DNA of 59,535 nt, filler included, from Sandaracinaceae bacterium (GCA_947483975.1; 4 parts of 4 records of this genome joined end to end with filler, not necessarily neighbours in it), one strand, 5' to 3'. Counted from the first letter of the whole stretch, positions 31,030-44,645 are shown. Numbers and translations: made by a program. The notes: generated by a model not told the origin, from the letters alone.

Positions 31030-32424
31030 CTACTTGCCGGCGAGCGTCATCGCGCTGACGCGGAACGTCGGCGACGCGATGGAGGTGCGCAGGTCGAGGT
31101 CGCTCGCGACCGCGTCGATGCGCTGGAAGATCTGGTCGACGTTGAGCGAGATGGTCACCTCGCTCACGGGGAAGACCTTCTCGCCCTTCTCGATCCAGAA
31201 GCCGCTCGCGCCACGCGAGAAGTCGCCCGTCACCGCGTTGAAGCCGAAGCCCATCATGTCGGTCACGTAGAGCGCGCGCTCGGTCGAGCGGAGCAGCTCT
31301 TCCGGCGTCATCGTGCCCGGCTGCAGGATGAAGTTCGTGCTGCCGGGTCCGACGCCGCCCGACGAGCCGCGCGAGGCGCTCGCGGTGCTCTGCTTGCCGA
31401 GCTTCTTCGCGCTGTAGGTGTCGAGCAGGTACGTCTTGAGGATGCCCTTCTCGACGACGACGTTGCGGCGCGAGAGTAGGCCCTCGCCGTCGTAGGGGCG
31501 CGAGCCGGGGCCGGCGATGAGGAACGGGTCGTCGACGACGTCGACGAGCTCGGAGGCGACGCGCGTGCCCTCGCGGTCGACGAGGTAGCTCGACTTGCGC
31601 CAAATCGAGCTGCCGTTGACGGCGCCGGCGAGCAGCCCGAGCATCGCGCGCGCGGCGTCCTGATCGAAGATGACGGCGACCTCTTGGGTGTCGACCTTGC
31701 GCGCGCCGAGCTTGGCGAGCGTGCGCCGCGCGGCCTCTCGACCGACGTCGCCCGCGTCCTCGAGCGCGCTGAGCTTGCGGCGCGCGGCCCAATAGTGGCC
31801 GCTGCGCTTCTTGCCAGCTTGGTCACCGACGCCGGGCTCCTCCGCGACGGGCGAGACGACGATGGACGCGTAGGTGCCCTCGCCTCCCCCGCGAAAGCCG
31901 CCCGAGGTGACGAGCGCGCTCGCGCCCGACGCGCGCGTGAACGAGCCGCCCTCGCTGTTCGTCAGGCGCTTGTCGACGGCGAGCGCCGCAGCCTCGCCCG
32001 CCTTCGCGCGCCGCAGCGCCTCGGCGGCGTCGAGCGCGCTCATGTCCGGGTCGAAGAGCTCGAGGTCGGCGTGCTGCTCGCGCGTGGAGAGGAGCGACGC
32101 GTCGGGCGGTCCGGCGAACGGGTCGGGCTGCGAGAGCTTCACGAGCTCCATCGCGTCCTCGACGAAGCGCTGAATCCCCTGCGCGGTCAGGTCGCTCGTG
32201 TAGGTGACGGCGACCTGCTGGCCGACCATCACGCGCAGCCCGACCGCCTTGGAGCCGGCCTCTTCGACGAGCTCCGGGTGCCCCATGCGCACCTTGACGC
32301 TCAGGTGATCGCCCTGTCGAACGCTGCACTCTGCGACGTCGGCGCCGGCCTTGCGGGCCTTCTCGACGATGCGCTCGCCGAGCGCGAGCAGCGCGTCGAC
32401 TCTCTCGTTGGATTCTCTGGACAT
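31030..32424 (-). CDS. pmbA: TldE/PmbA metalloprotease subunit
   Basis: SRPYDGEG, YLLDTYSAKKLG, GFNAVTGDFSRGASGFWIEKGE; follows tldD. Confidence 0.92.
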   Translation of the reverse strand: MSRESNERVDALLALGERIVEKARKAGADVAECSVRQGDHLSVKVRMGHPELVEEAGSKAVGLRVMVGQQVAVTYTSDLTAQGIQRFVEDAMELVKLSQPDPFAGPPDASLLSTREQHADLELFDPDMSALDAAEALRRAKAGEAAALAVDKRLTNSEGGSFTRASGASALVTSGGFRGGGEGTYASIVVSPVAEEPGVGDQAGKKRSGHYWAARRKLSALEDAGDVGREAARRTLAKLGARKVDTQEVAVIFDQDAARAMLGLLAGAVNGSSIWRKSSYLVDREGTRVASELVDVVDDPFLIAGPGSRPYDGEGLLSRRNVVVEKGILKTYLLDTYSAKKLGKQSTASASRGSSGGVGPGSTNFILQPGTMTPEELLRSTERALYVTDMMGFGFNAVTGDFSRGASGFWIEKGEKVFPVSEVTISLNVDQIFQRIDAVASDLDLRTSIASPTFRVSAMTLAGK

Positions 32425-32446
32425 GGTGTGCTTTGCCAAGGAGCGC

Positions 32447-33895
32447 CTAGCCGATCTGCGAGCCGCCGACGGTCACGGCAGAGAGCTTGATGGTGGGACA
32501 GCCGACGCCGACCGGGACCGATTGCCCGTCTTTTCCGCAAGTCCAGATGCCGTCCGAGACGGCCATATCGTGCCCGAGCATCACGACCTTGCGCATCACA
32601 TCCGGGCCATTGCCGATCAGGTTCACGTCCTTGAGCGGCGCGGTGATCTTGCCGTTCTCGATCAGGTAGCTCTCGGTCAGCGAGAACACGAAGTCGCCGT
32701 TGGAGATCTCGACCTGGCCGCCGCCGAACCGCTTGGCGTAGATGCCGCGCTCGACCGAGCGGATGATGTCCTCGGGGTCGTCTTGGCCGGCGAGCAAGAG
32801 CGTGTTCGTCATGCGCGGCAGCGGGTGCGAGCGGAACGACTCGCGCCGCCCGTTGCCCGTCGGCGTCGTGTGGAAGAAGCCCGCCGAGTGACGGTCCTGC
32901 ATGTAGCCGCGCAGGACGCCGCGCTCGATCAGCATGGAGGAGACTGGCTCGTTGCCCTCGTCGTCCACGTTGATCGTGCCGCGCGAGAACGGGAGCGTCG
33001 CGTCGTCGACGACGGTGCAGAGGTCGCTCGCGACCTTGGTGCCGACGGCGTCGGAGTAATTGCTCGTCTTCTTGCGGTTGAAGTCCGCCTCGAGCCCGTG
33101 CCCGACCGCCTCGTGCAGCAGGATCCCGCTGTCGCCCGGCGCGAGCACGACGGGCAGCTCACCCGCGGGCGCCTCGCGCGCGTCGAGCATCGCGACGGCT
33201 TGGCGCACAGCCTCCTGCGCGTGCCACTCCGGGGTGTGCCCCTCGAAGTACTCCATGCCGAAGCGCCCGCCGCCGCCCGACGAGCCCGACTGCCGCTTGC
33301 CGTTCTGCTCGACGATCACGCGCACGCCGAAGCGCATCAGCGGCTGCACGTCGTGGACGAGCTTGCCGTCGGATGAGGCGATCAAGATCTCGCGCACTTC
33401 CTCGTTGAACGAGGCGTCGACGCGGACGACACGCGGGTCAGCGGCGCGCGCGGTGCGGTCGGCGCGCGCGAGCAGCTCGCGCTTCTCGAGGCCGGCGACG
33501 TCGAGGGTCAGCGTCGGGACGTCGTAGCGGCTCGGCAGCGCGCGCGAGGTGACGGCGACGGGCGCGGGGGCGCCTCCACCCTCGGCGATCTGCGCGGCGG
33601 TGCGAGCGGCGCGGTCCATCGCCTCCGGCGTCAGCTCCTCGACGTAGGCGTAGCCCGTCGCGTCGCCCTTCATCACGCGCACGCCGAGGCCCATCGTCAC
33701 GGCGCGGCCGGCGCCCTTGAGGATGCCCTCATCGTAGGAGTAGCTGCCCGACGCGCCGTACTCGTAGAACAGGTCGGCATAGTCGCCGCCACGCGAGAGA
33801 GCGAGCGTGAGCAAGCGGCGCGCGAGGTCCGCGTCGACGGGCGCCTGCCCGCCGGGCGCGAACGGGGCCTTGTACCGAATCGAAGACGTCGTCAT
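32447..33895 (-). CDS. tldD: TldD metalloprotease
   Basis: LLHEAVGHGLEADFNRK, TGNGRRES..PRMTNT, CGKDGQSVPVGVG. Confidence 0.95.
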   Translation of the reverse strand: MTTSSIRYKAPFAPGGQAPVDADLARRLLTLALSRGGDYADLFYEYGASGSYSYDEGILKGAGRAVTMGLGVRVMKGDATGYAYVEELTPEAMDRAARTAAQIAEGGGAPAPVAVTSRALPSRYDVPTLTLDVAGLEKRELLARADRTARAADPRVVRVDASFNEEVREILIASSDGKLVHDVQPLMRFGVRVIVEQNGKRQSGSSGGGGRFGMEYFEGHTPEWHAQEAVRQAVAMLDAREAPAGELPVVLAPGDSGILLHEAVGHGLEADFNRKKTSNYSDAVGTKVASDLCTVVDDATLPFSRGTINVDDEGNEPVSSMLIERGVLRGYMQDRHSAGFFHTTPTGNGRRESFRSHPLPRMTNTLLLAGQDDPEDIIRSVERGIYAKRFGGGQVEISNGDFVFSLTESYLIENGKITAPLKDVNLIGNGPDVMRKVVMLGHDMAVSDGIWTCGKDGQSVPVGVGCPTIKLSAVTVGGSQIG

Positions 33896-34010
33896 GTGCG
33901 CGCCAATGTAGTCCGCTCAACTGGGCGTGACCAGGGACGGCAGAGCGGCGAGCCGTCGCGCGCAACAGCCTTGTAGCCTGCAAGCTCGCGAGCCCGTAGG
34001 CTCCGGCTCC

Positions 34011-36527
34011 GTGGCGCAGTCTCCCGATCGCAGCCCGCCCCCGACCAACGACTCGATCCTCGACGAGCTCGACGGCTTCGAGGAGCTCGAGGAGTTCGAG
34101 GACGAGAGCGACACCGGCGGTCCGGTCGTGGGCAGCATGTTCGGCGCGCGCTATCGAATCGAGGCGTTGCTCGGTCGGGGCGGGATGGGCGCCGTGTACC
34201 GCGCGGTCGATACGCTCGTAGGCGACCGCATCGCGCTCAAGACGCTCGACCTCGGGCGCGCCGCGTCGGCGTCGGCGATCGATCGCTTCAAGCGCGAAGT
34301 GCGCCTCGCGCGGCGCATCTCGCACCCGAACGTCGCGCGCGTGCACGACCTCGGTGAGCACGGCGGGCTGCACTATCTGACGATGGAGTACGTCGAGGGC
34401 GGCGACCTCGACGCGCTGCTCGAGCGCGAGAAGCAGCTGCCGCTCGAGCGCGCGGTCCGCACCGGGCTCGCCGTCGCGGAAGGGCTCGGCGCGGCGCACG
34501 CGGCCGGCGTCGTGCACCGCGATCTCAAGCCCGCGAACGTCCTCGTCGACCGGACCGGGCGCATGGTCCTCACCGACTTCGGCATCGCGCGCGGGCTCGT
34601 CGACGACGCGGCCATGCACCGCACGGTCGGCACCGTCGGCACCCCGCTCTACATGGCGCCGGAGCAGGTGCAGGGCTTGGCCGTCGACGCGCGCACGGAC
34701 GTGTACGCGCTCGGGCTGCTCCTCTACGAGATGCTCGTCGGCACGCACGCCTTCCAGGCGGACACGCCGATCGCGACGGCGATCGCGCGCCTCTATCGAC
34801 CTGCGCCGGATCCGCGGGCGGCGGTCGCCCTCGACGACGGGCTCGCGGACCTCGTGCTCGCGTGCCTCTCGCGGGAGCCGGAGGGGCGCCCCGCCGATGG
34901 GCGCGCCGTCGCCGACATCCTGAGGCAGTGGCTCGCGTCGCGGGGGCTCGCGGTCGACGCTGGGCCGCGCCCGCTCGTCGGGACCGCGCCCGATCTGTCG
35001 GGCGCGCCGCGCTCGTCGGTCGACGTCACGGCGCACACGGAGGCGCACGCGAGCGCGCTCGTGACGGCGGCACCGACGCCGCTCTCGGGTGCGCCCGGCG
35101 TCAGCGGCTCGCAGAGCCTTCCGGGGCTCGGCCGAGCGAGCCGCGCGCTCGCGGTGCTTCCCTTCCGCTATCGCGGCCCGAGCGAGCACGCCTACCTCGG
35201 CGACGGGCTCGCGGAGGAGCTGACCGATGTGCTGTCGCGGACGCGAGGCCTGCGCGTCAAGGGCAGCGGCGCGACCGCGCGCTTCCGCGACGAGCGGGAT
35301 CCGAAGACCGTGGGCGACGCCCTCAGCGTCGACGCCATCGTGGACGGCTCCGTGCAGAGCACGGGGCAGCTGCTGCGCGTCAGCGTGCGGCTGCTGGACG
35401 TCGAGTCGGGCACGCAGCTCTGGAGCGACAAGTTCGAGGCGCCGCTCGAGGAGCTCTTCGAGGTCCAAGAGACCGTCAGCCGACGCGTGGCCGAGGCGCT
35501 GCGCGTCTCGATCGACGCGGGCGCGACGCGGGGCGATGCGCCCGCCGAGGCGGTCGACGCGTACCTGCGCGGGCGGCGCGCGCTCTCGCTGTCGAAGCTC
35601 GGCGGGCCAGGGGGCGCGGTGTCGCTCTTCGAGGAGGCGCTCGCCCTCGCGCCGAGCTTCACGCCCGCGGTCGCGGCGCACGCCGTCGCGACCTTGCGCG
35701 GCTGGTTCACGCCGGGCGAGGGCGATCCGCGCGATTGGGCGCAAGAGGTCGAGCGCAGCGTCGCGCGGGCCAAGGCGCTCGCGCCGGACGTCGCCGAGAC
35801 GCAGCTCGCCGCGGGGCTCTACGCCGTGCACACGGCGAGCTACGCCGAGGCGGGGCAGGCCCTCGGCCGCGCGCTCGCGATCGCGCCGACGTTCGCCGCG
35901 GCGCACCACGCGCTCGGCTCGATGGCGATCGAGACCGGGCGGCTGCAGCGCGGCGTCAAGCACCTACGGGCGGCGATCGACCTCGACCCGACGCTCGAGC
36001 TCGCGTTCATCGACCTCGCGCGCTCGCACGCCCTCGCGGGCGACCGAGAGGCGACCCGCCGCGTGCTCGCGCGCCACGAGGCGGAGGGCCACCCGACGCC
36101 GCTGCCGCTCCGGATGCGGATCGCGGCTTGGTACGGCGAGCTCGACGAGCTTCTCTCGCTCCTGCCGGCGATCGAGGAGAGCGCGCAGCCGCTGACGCGC
36201 TTCGCGGCGATCTACGCGCGGCTCCTCCTCCGGCACGTCTCGATCGACGAGGGCGAGGCGCTCTTCGAGCACAAGATCCCGAAGGGCGCGAGCCCGCGCT
36301 TCGTGGCGCTCGCGATGCAGAGCGGCGCGGAGATCTTCTCCGCGATGGGGGACCTCGAGCGCGCGGAGTCGTACCTCGGCCGCGCGGTCGCCGCGGGTAT
36401 GGTCGACGTCGAGTGGCTCGATCGCTGCCCGATGTTGAGCCCCCTGCGCGGGCGTCCGATCTTCCTCGAGGCGCGTCGGCAGTGCCGTCAGCGCGCCGAC
36501 GCGTTCTGGTCCGCCGTCCACGAGTGA
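34011..36527 (+). CDS. Ser/Thr kinase fused to a TolB-N-like domain and TPR repeats (start uncertain)
   Basis: LGRGGMGAVY, HRDLKPANV, DFGIAR, GTPLYMAPE; LAVLPF..DGLAEEL..GSV..LRVSVRL..LWSDKF. Confidence 0.9.
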   Translation: MAQSPDRSPPPTNDSILDELDGFEELEEFEDESDTGGPVVGSMFGARYRIEALLGRGGMGAVYRAVDTLVGDRIALKTLDLGRAASASAIDRFKREVRLARRISHPNVARVHDLGEHGGLHYLTMEYVEGGDLDALLEREKQLPLERAVRTGLAVAEGLGAAHAAGVVHRDLKPANVLVDRTGRMVLTDFGIARGLVDDAAMHRTVGTVGTPLYMAPEQVQGLAVDARTDVYALGLLLYEMLVGTHAFQADTPIATAIARLYRPAPDPRAAVALDDGLADLVLACLSREPEGRPADGRAVADILRQWLASRGLAVDAGPRPLVGTAPDLSGAPRSSVDVTAHTEAHASALVTAAPTPLSGAPGVSGSQSLPGLGRASRALAVLPFRYRGPSEHAYLGDGLAEELTDVLSRTRGLRVKGSGATARFRDERDPKTVGDALSVDAIVDGSVQSTGQLLRVSVRLLDVESGTQLWSDKFEAPLEELFEVQETVSRRVAEALRVSIDAGATRGDAPAEAVDAYLRGRRALSLSKLGGPGGAVSLFEEALALAPSFTPAVAAHAVATLRGWFTPGEGDPRDWAQEVERSVARAKALAPDVAETQLAAGLYAVHTASYAEAGQALGRALAIAPTFAAAHHALGSMAIETGRLQRGVKHLRAAIDLDPTLELAFIDLARSHALAGDREATRRVLARHEAEGHPTPLPLRMRIAAWYGELDELLSLLPAIEESAQPLTRFAAIYARLLLRHVSIDEGEALFEHKIPKGASPRFVALAMQSGAEIFSAMGDLERAESYLGRAVAAGMVDVEWLDRCPMLSPLRGRPIFLEARRQCRQRADAFWSAVHE

Positions 36528-36613
36528 GCGCGGCGCGGCGGCCGGCCGTAATGCGCGCGCTTCCCGTCGGCCTGGCGTCTCTGCTACGGTGGCGACCCAG
36601 AGGAGCTCGGCGC

Positions 36614-36997
36614 ATGCAGGAACACCAAGAAGCCATGCTGAAGTCGCTCGTCGCCGTTGCGTGGGCCGATGGCCGCATGGAAGGCGAGGAGCACGAGGTC
36701 ATCGAGGCGCTGCTGTCTGCGTTCGAGGTGCAAGGCGAGGACGCGGACAAGATCCGCGAGTTCGCCAAGGAGCCGCGCACGCTCGCCGACGTGCCGCTGA
36801 CGGATCTCAGCGCCGAGGACCGCCGCGCGCTCTTGCAGCACGCGCTGATCCTGACGTTCATCGACGGGAGCCAGTCCGAGCAGGAGAAGCAGATCCTCCA
36901 GGACCTCGTCGTGAAGCTGCGCGTGCCGAGCGAAGAGGCGACGGAGCTCCTCGCCGCCGCAGAGATTCGCGCCAGGCGGCTGCTCGAGCTGCTCTGA
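36614..36997 (+). CDS. TerB-like (tellurite resistance fold) protein
   Basis: LVAVAWADG..E and FIDG..SEQE duplicated motif; SD GAGGAG. Confidence 0.8.
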   Translation: MQEHQEAMLKSLVAVAWADGRMEGEEHEVIEALLSAFEVQGEDADKIREFAKEPRTLADVPLTDLSAEDRRALLQHALILTFIDGSQSEQEKQILQDLVVKLRVPSEEATELLAAAEIRARRLLELL

Positions 36998-36998
36998 G

Positions 36999-37760
36999 GT
37001 GAGCGACGTGGGCGCGCTCGGCGCGCAGCGGCTCGGCGCGCAGCGGCTCGACGCGGCGCTCGTCGCCGGGCTCGACGCGGTGCTGCTCGACGCGGGCAAC
37101 ACGCTCGTCTTTCTCGATCACGAGGCGGTCGCGGAGCTCGCGCGCGCGGGGGGCTTGTCGGTGACGGCCGACGCGCTCCGCCGCGCAGAGTCGGTCGCCA
37201 AGCGCCGCTACGAGGCGCTCCTGACGGCAGGCGGCGCGCACGAGGACGGCTGGTCGCTCTACTTCGTCGCGCTCTTCGGCGCGCTCGGCGTAGGCGAAGC
37301 GGAGGCGCGCGCGCTCGTGCCCGCGCTGCGACGCTCGCACGACGCGCTCAACCTGTGGCGGCGCGTGCCGGACGGCGTCGCGGCGGCGCTCGCGCGCGCG
37401 AAGGCGGCGGGCGTGCGCCTCGGCGTCGTGTCGAATTCGGAGGGCAAGCTCGACGCGCTCTTCGCGCACGTCGGGCTCGCGGAGTACCTCGAGTGCGTCG
37501 TGGACTCGGCGCACGAGGGCGTGCGCAAGCCCGACGCGGAGATCTTCCGGCGCGCGCTCGCGCGGCTCGGCGTCGACGCGGCGCGGGCCCTCTACGTCGG
37601 CGATCTGCCGACGGTGGACGTCGAAGGAGCGCGCGGCGCCGGGCTGCGCGCCGTGCTCGTCGATCCGCTCGGGCACTACGCGCAATACGCGGACGCGCCG
37701 CGCGTCGCCTCGGTCGTCGAGGTGCTCGACGCGGTCGTCGCGGCGCACCTCGCGCGGTGA
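36999..37760 (+). CDS. HAD-superfamily hydrolase
   Basis: LLDAGNTL, VVSN, KPDAEIF, YVGD..DVEGA. Confidence 0.9.
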   Translation: MSDVGALGAQRLGAQRLDAALVAGLDAVLLDAGNTLVFLDHEAVAELARAGGLSVTADALRRAESVAKRRYEALLTAGGAHEDGWSLYFVALFGALGVGEAEARALVPALRRSHDALNLWRRVPDGVAAALARAKAAGVRLGVVSNSEGKLDALFAHVGLAEYLECVVDSAHEGVRKPDAEIFRRALARLGVDAARALYVGDLPTVDVEGARGAGLRAVLVDPLGHYAQYADAPRVASVVEVLDAVVAAHLAR

Positions 37761-37792
37761 GCCGATCGCGCGGAGCCGACCGCGCCGCGCGG

Positions 37793-39028
37793 CTACTCTT
37801 CGCGCTCGAGGATGACGGCGAGCCCCTGCCCGACGCCGATGCAAAGCGTCGCGAGGCCATAGCGCGCGCCGCGCCGCTTCATCGCGTGCGCGAGCGTGCC
37901 GAGGATGCGCGCGCCGCTCGAGCCGATCGGGTGCCCGAGCGCGATGCCGCCGCCGAGGACGTTGACCTTCGCCGGGTCGAGCCCGAGCTCACGGACGCAC
38001 GCGAGCGACTGCGCCGCGAACGCCTCGTTGAGCTCGATCAGGTCGAGGTCCGCGACCGTGAGCCCCGCGCGCGCGAGCGCGATGCGCGTCGCCGTCACCG
38101 GCCCGATGCCCATGAAATTCGGCTCCACGCCCGCGACGCCGCTGGCGACGAGCCGCGCGAGGGGCTTCGCGCCGTGCGCCTCCGCCCACGCGCGCGAGCC
38201 GACGAGCACCGCGCTCGCGCCGTCGTTGAGCGGCGAGGAGTTCCCCGCCGTCACGCTGCCGCCCTTGCGAAACACGGCCGCGAGCGTACCGAGCTTCTCG
38301 ACGGTGGCGTCGGCGCGCACGCACTCGTCCTTCGCGACGACGGTGGGCTCGCCCTTCTTCTCGGCGGGCGGCACCGTGACCGGCACGACCTCGTCGGCGA
38401 ACTGCGCGCTCTCCCAAGCGGCCGCCGCGCGGCGATGCGACTCGACCGCGAACGCGTCCTGATCGGCGCGCGAAATGCCGTATTTCTCCGCGACATTCTC
38501 GGCCGTCTCGCCCATCGAGACGAGCGGGAAGCGCGCCGCCATGCGCGGGTTCGGGTAGCGCCAGCCGATGCTCGTGTCGTAGACGGGCGGCGGCGTGCGC
38601 GGGAACGGCTCGTCGGCCTTCGGCATCGAGTAAGGCGCGCGCGTCATCGACTCGACGCCGCCCGCGACGAGCAGGTCCGCCTCGCCGAGGCGGATCGCGC
38701 GCGACGCCTGCACGACCGCCTCGAGGCCCGAGCCGCAGAGGCGGTTGACCGTCACCGCCGTGACCTCGTACGGCAGCCCGGCGAGGAGCGCGGCCATGCG
38801 CGCGACGTTGCGATTGTCCTCGCCCGCTTGGTTCGTGGCGCCGAGGATCACCTCGCTGACGGCCGCGCGCGCGTCCGGCGTGCGGGCGAGCAGCGCGGAG
38901 ATCAGGTCTGCGGCGAGGTCGTCGGCGCGCACGCGCGCGAGCCCCCCGCGGTGCCGCCCGATGGGCGTGCGGACGGCGTCGAGGACGAGTGCATCGGTGG
39001 CGCTGCGGGCGGTCTGGGGCGTGGACAT
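37793..39028 (-). CDS. Acetyl-CoA C-acyltransferase (thiolase, PaaJ/PcaF-like)
   Basis: [43 protein letters not shown]. Confidence 0.95.
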   Translation of the reverse strand: MSTPQTARSATDALVLDAVRTPIGRHRGGLARVRADDLAADLISALLARTPDARAAVSEVILGATNQAGEDNRNVARMAALLAGLPYEVTAVTVNRLCGSGLEAVVQASRAIRLGEADLLVAGGVESMTRAPYSMPKADEPFPRTPPPVYDTSIGWRYPNPRMAARFPLVSMGETAENVAEKYGISRADQDAFAVESHRRAAAAWESAQFADEVVPVTVPPAEKKGEPTVVAKDECVRADATVEKLGTLAAVFRKGGSVTAGNSSPLNDGASAVLVGSRAWAEAHGAKPLARLVASGVAGVEPNFMGIGPVTATRIALARAGLTVADLDLIELNEAFAAQSLACVRELGLDPAKVNVLGGGIALGHPIGSSGARILGTLAHAMKRRGARYGLATLCIGVGQGLAVILEREE

Positions 39029-39120
39029 GGCCCGCAGTATGGAGAGGCCTGTCGGCGCGATCAACGCCTGCCGAACACGTCGGCAGGCGGTTGGCTCAGC
39101 TCAGCGAACGGCCGACCGGC

Positions 39121-41805
<2,685 letters not shown>

Positions 41806-42011
41806 TGGCTGTCTTGTGACCGGAACCGAAGGCGCCACCGGATCGAAGGCGCCACCGCCACCGACGAGAGTTGCGACAGTGTGGAGAGCCGGGTCTTTGG
41901 GTGTCAAGCACGGCTTGACCTCGCGCGCGCCAGCAACGTATCGTGCCGCCCGTCCGAACCGGGCTGCTATTGCAGCGCCGAGGTCCTGCTGGACCGACTC
42001 CTGGAGGGAGA

Positions 42012-42485
42012 ATGACGAACCGCCATCGCGCGCTCACTGCATCGCTGTCCAGCCTCGTCGCGTCGATCGCCGTCGTCGGTGGGCTCCTGAGCACGACCCT
42101 GCTCGGGACGACCGTGCTCGCCACGAGCGCCTGCGGCTCGGCCAAGGGCGACCCGGCGATCCTCAACGTCGATCCGCGCGCGGGCGCCACGATCGGAGAG
42201 CAGCCAGTCAAGATCCTCGGGACGAACTTCCGCACGGACATCGGGTACACGGTCTACTTCGGCACCAAGCGCGCCGGGAGCGTGACGATCCTCGATCCGC
42301 AGACCCTGCTCGCGGTGACGCCGCAGGTCGACGAGCCGGGGCCCGTAGACATCACCATCCGCGCCGACAACGGCCCGGCGTGGCGCATCAGCAAGGCTTT
42401 CCGCTACGAAAACATGGGCGGCAGCGTGGTCGAGGGCCTCGGCGAGCACACCGGCCCGTCGAGCGCCAAGAAGCAGAACTACTGA
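42012..42485 (+). CDS. IPT/TIG-domain lipoprotein
   Basis: TSAC lipobox; ILNVDP..G..G..VKILGTNF..VYFG..AFRY. Confidence 0.8.
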   Translation: MTNRHRALTASLSSLVASIAVVGGLLSTTLLGTTVLATSACGSAKGDPAILNVDPRAGATIGEQPVKILGTNFRTDIGYTVYFGTKRAGSVTILDPQTLLAVTPQVDEPGPVDITIRADNGPAWRISKAFRYENMGGSVVEGLGEHTGPSSAKKQNY

Positions 42486-42495
42486 GGGGGACCCG

Positions 42496-43734
42496 ATGAA
42501 TCGACTCAAGTTCGGCGTAGTTTTGTGTGCGGCAGTGATCCTGTCCGCGGCTTGCGGTGGCGGCTTCGGCGGCATGGGCGGCACGGGCGCGCTCAGCGGG
42601 CACGGCGTCGGGGATGTGTCGGCGGTCGGCGGCGGGCAGACCGCCTGCGACGGCGACTTCGGCGAGACGGCAGCGGCCGGCAAGCTCGAGGCCTTCCTCG
42701 CCGCGACGACCAAGTTCACGAGCACGGCCGACGAGCTGCAGAGCTCGCTCGAGACGACCTGCAAGCAGATGGGCGCAGAGCTCGGCATCCCCGAGAGCGA
42801 GATGACCGGCTCGGGCTCGACGCCGGGCGCGAAGGCCGCGTGCGACGCCGTCGCCGCCAAGCTGCGCTCGGAGCTGAGCGATCTGCGTGGCTCGGCGCAC
42901 CTGCGCATCGCGATCGTCGCGACGCCGCCCGTCTGCGAAGTGCGCGTCGATGCCTACGCGCAGTGCGCGGGCAGCTGCGACGCCTCGTTCACGCCGGGCA
43001 GCGCGCAGATCCAGTGTGAGGGCGGCGAGATCCGCGGCGGCTGCTCGGCAGAGTGCACCGGCAGCTGCTCGGTCGAGGCGAGCGGCAGCTGCTCGGGCTC
43101 GTGCGAGGGCTCCTGCTCGGCGAGCTGCACCGGCGTCTGCCAGGGGACCTGCGAAGGGACCTGCGCGACGCGCGCTGCGGACGGCTCGTGCAACGGCGCC
43201 TGCCGCGGCACCTGCCACGGCACCTGCTCGGCGGGCTGCACCGGCTCTTGCCAGGGACACTGCGTCGCGCAGGCCACGGCGAGCTGCTCGGGTGAGTGCC
43301 GCGGCGGCTGCTCGGTCGAGATGACGGCGCCCCGCTGCACGGGCACCATCACCCCGCCGCACGTCGAGGCCGATTGTCAGGCTTCCTGCGACGCGCGCAT
43401 GAGCGCCGAGGCGGAGTGCACGCCCGGCTCGGTCCAGGTGACCATCACCGGTCGCGTCTCGACGAACCTCGAGGAGCGCGTCAACCACCTCAAGGCGGCC
43501 ATCCAGCTCGGCCTCGGCAACATCCTCGCGGCCAAGCTGAAGCTCGAGCGCCTCGCGCGCTCCGGCGAGGCGATCGTTCACACGGCGGGCGAGCTGCCTG
43601 GCGCGGTCGTCTCGCTCGGCCTCGGCGCGGCCTCGTGCGTCACGTCGGCGGCGGCTGCGCTGCCGCGCGCGACCGCTTCGATCAGCGTCAGCGTCGAGGT
43701 CTCGGCCTCGGTCGGCGGCTCCGTCGGCGGCTGA
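42496..43734 (+). CDS. Cys-rich lipoprotein with CxGxC repeats
   Basis: Lipobox SAAC; long run of CSGSCEGSC-type repeats. Confidence 0.82.
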   Translation: MNRLKFGVVLCAAVILSAACGGGFGGMGGTGALSGHGVGDVSAVGGGQTACDGDFGETAAAGKLEAFLAATTKFTSTADELQSSLETTCKQMGAELGIPESEMTGSGSTPGAKAACDAVAAKLRSELSDLRGSAHLRIAIVATPPVCEVRVDAYAQCAGSCDASFTPGSAQIQCEGGEIRGGCSAECTGSCSVEASGSCSGSCEGSCSASCTGVCQGTCEGTCATRAADGSCNGACRGTCHGTCSAGCTGSCQGHCVAQATASCSGECRGGCSVEMTAPRCTGTITPPHVEADCQASCDARMSAEAECTPGSVQVTITGRVSTNLEERVNHLKAAIQLGLGNILAAKLKLERLARSGEAIVHTAGELPGAVVSLGLGAASCVTSAAAALPRATASISVSVEVSASVGGSVGG

Positions 43735-43782
43735 TCATCCACGGACGAGGTCGGCGGCTGCACGCCGACCATAGTTCACGAA

Positions 43783-43815
43783 GAAGGCCGGCTCCCCTCG
43801 CGGGGGTCGGCCTTC
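43783..43815. terminator. Hairpin between convergent genes
   Basis: GAAGGCCGGCTCCC / GGGGGTCGGCCTTC 14-bp stem with two G-U pairs. Confidence 0.65.
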
Positions 43816-44536
43816 AGCGTTTCTGGCGAACGGCGCGCGCTGTCCGCGGGGGCGCGCTGCTCGGCGGCGGAGCGAGCAGCCCCATCGCGAGAAAGCGCAT
43901 CATCTCGTCGACGAGCACGTCCGCGCTCCGCGGCATCGCCCCGCGCACCGCGTCGTAGACGAGCTCCTTGAGCCCGCCGAGCCCGATCGCGACCATCACG
44001 CGCCGGTCGCCGTCGCGCACGAGCCCGATGCGCTGCCCGAGCTCGAAGCTCTCGTCGAGCAGCTGATGGAGGCCGACGTAGAACGCGTCGAGCTTGCCGC
44101 CGAGCTCCGGCGCGAGGCTCGCGACGTCGCGGAGCACGAGCGTCATCAGCGCCGGCTCCGAGAGCGCGAGCGACACGATGCGGTGCAGGTTCGCCCGCAG
44201 CTGCTCGACCGGCGTCTCGGTCGGATGCGCGACGTCGATCGAGCGAATGCTCATCGCGAGCCGCGCGAAGAAGTCGTCGACGAGCGCGCCGAACACGTCG
44301 CGCTTGTCCTTGAAGTAGAGGTAGAAGGTGCCGCGCGCCGCGCCCGCGCGCGCGACGATGTCGTCGACCGTCGCCGCGGCGTAGCCCTTCTCGGCGAACA
44401 CGTCGCGCGCCGCGAGCAGCAGCTCACTGCGGCGCTGCGCTTTCTTCGCCTGCGCCTGCGCCTGCTGCGGCTGCGACGGCTGAGGCGGCAGCGGCTTGGG
44501 TGGCCGGGGCCGCGAGGGCTTTCGAGGCGACGACAC
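43814..44536 (-). CDS. TetR/AcrR family transcriptional regulator
   Basis: AARDVFAEKGYAAATVDDIVARAGAARGTFYLYFKDK. Confidence 0.93.
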   Translation of the reverse strand: MSSPRKPSRPRPPKPLPPQPSQPQQAQAQAKKAQRRSELLLAARDVFAEKGYAAATVDDIVARAGAARGTFYLYFKDKRDVFGALVDDFFARLAMSIRSIDVAHPTETPVEQLRANLHRIVSLALSEPALMTLVLRDVASLAPELGGKLDAFYVGLHQLLDESFELGQRIGLVRDGDRRVMVAIGLGGLKELVYDAVRGAMPRSADVLVDEMMRFLAMGLLAPPPSSAPPRTARAVRQKR

Positions 44537-44571
44537 GGCGCGAACGTACCACAGCCGTGCTAGGGTCCCCG

Positions 44572-44595
44572 GCTGACACTGACGTCAGTGCCAGC
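44572..44595. promoter_or_regulatory. Candidate TetR operator, 24-bp near-perfect palindrome
   Basis: GCTGACACTGACGTCAGTGCCAGC (perfect core CACTGACGTCAGTG) between the divergent tetR and activase genes. Confidence 0.7.
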
Positions 44596-44645
44596 AACGA
44601 CAAACTCGGCGCAGCTGGCGCCTGAGGGCGGGGGGCGGTTTCTCG

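Noticed and set aside
31030..33895. tldD/pmbA as a RiPP biosynthetic cluster
   Set aside because: Widespread housekeeping pair, with no YcaO, radical SAM or transporter gene on this contig.
37017..37050. 15-bp duplication (LGAQR x2) at the HAD N-terminus
   Set aside because: Minor in-frame slippage with no evident significance.
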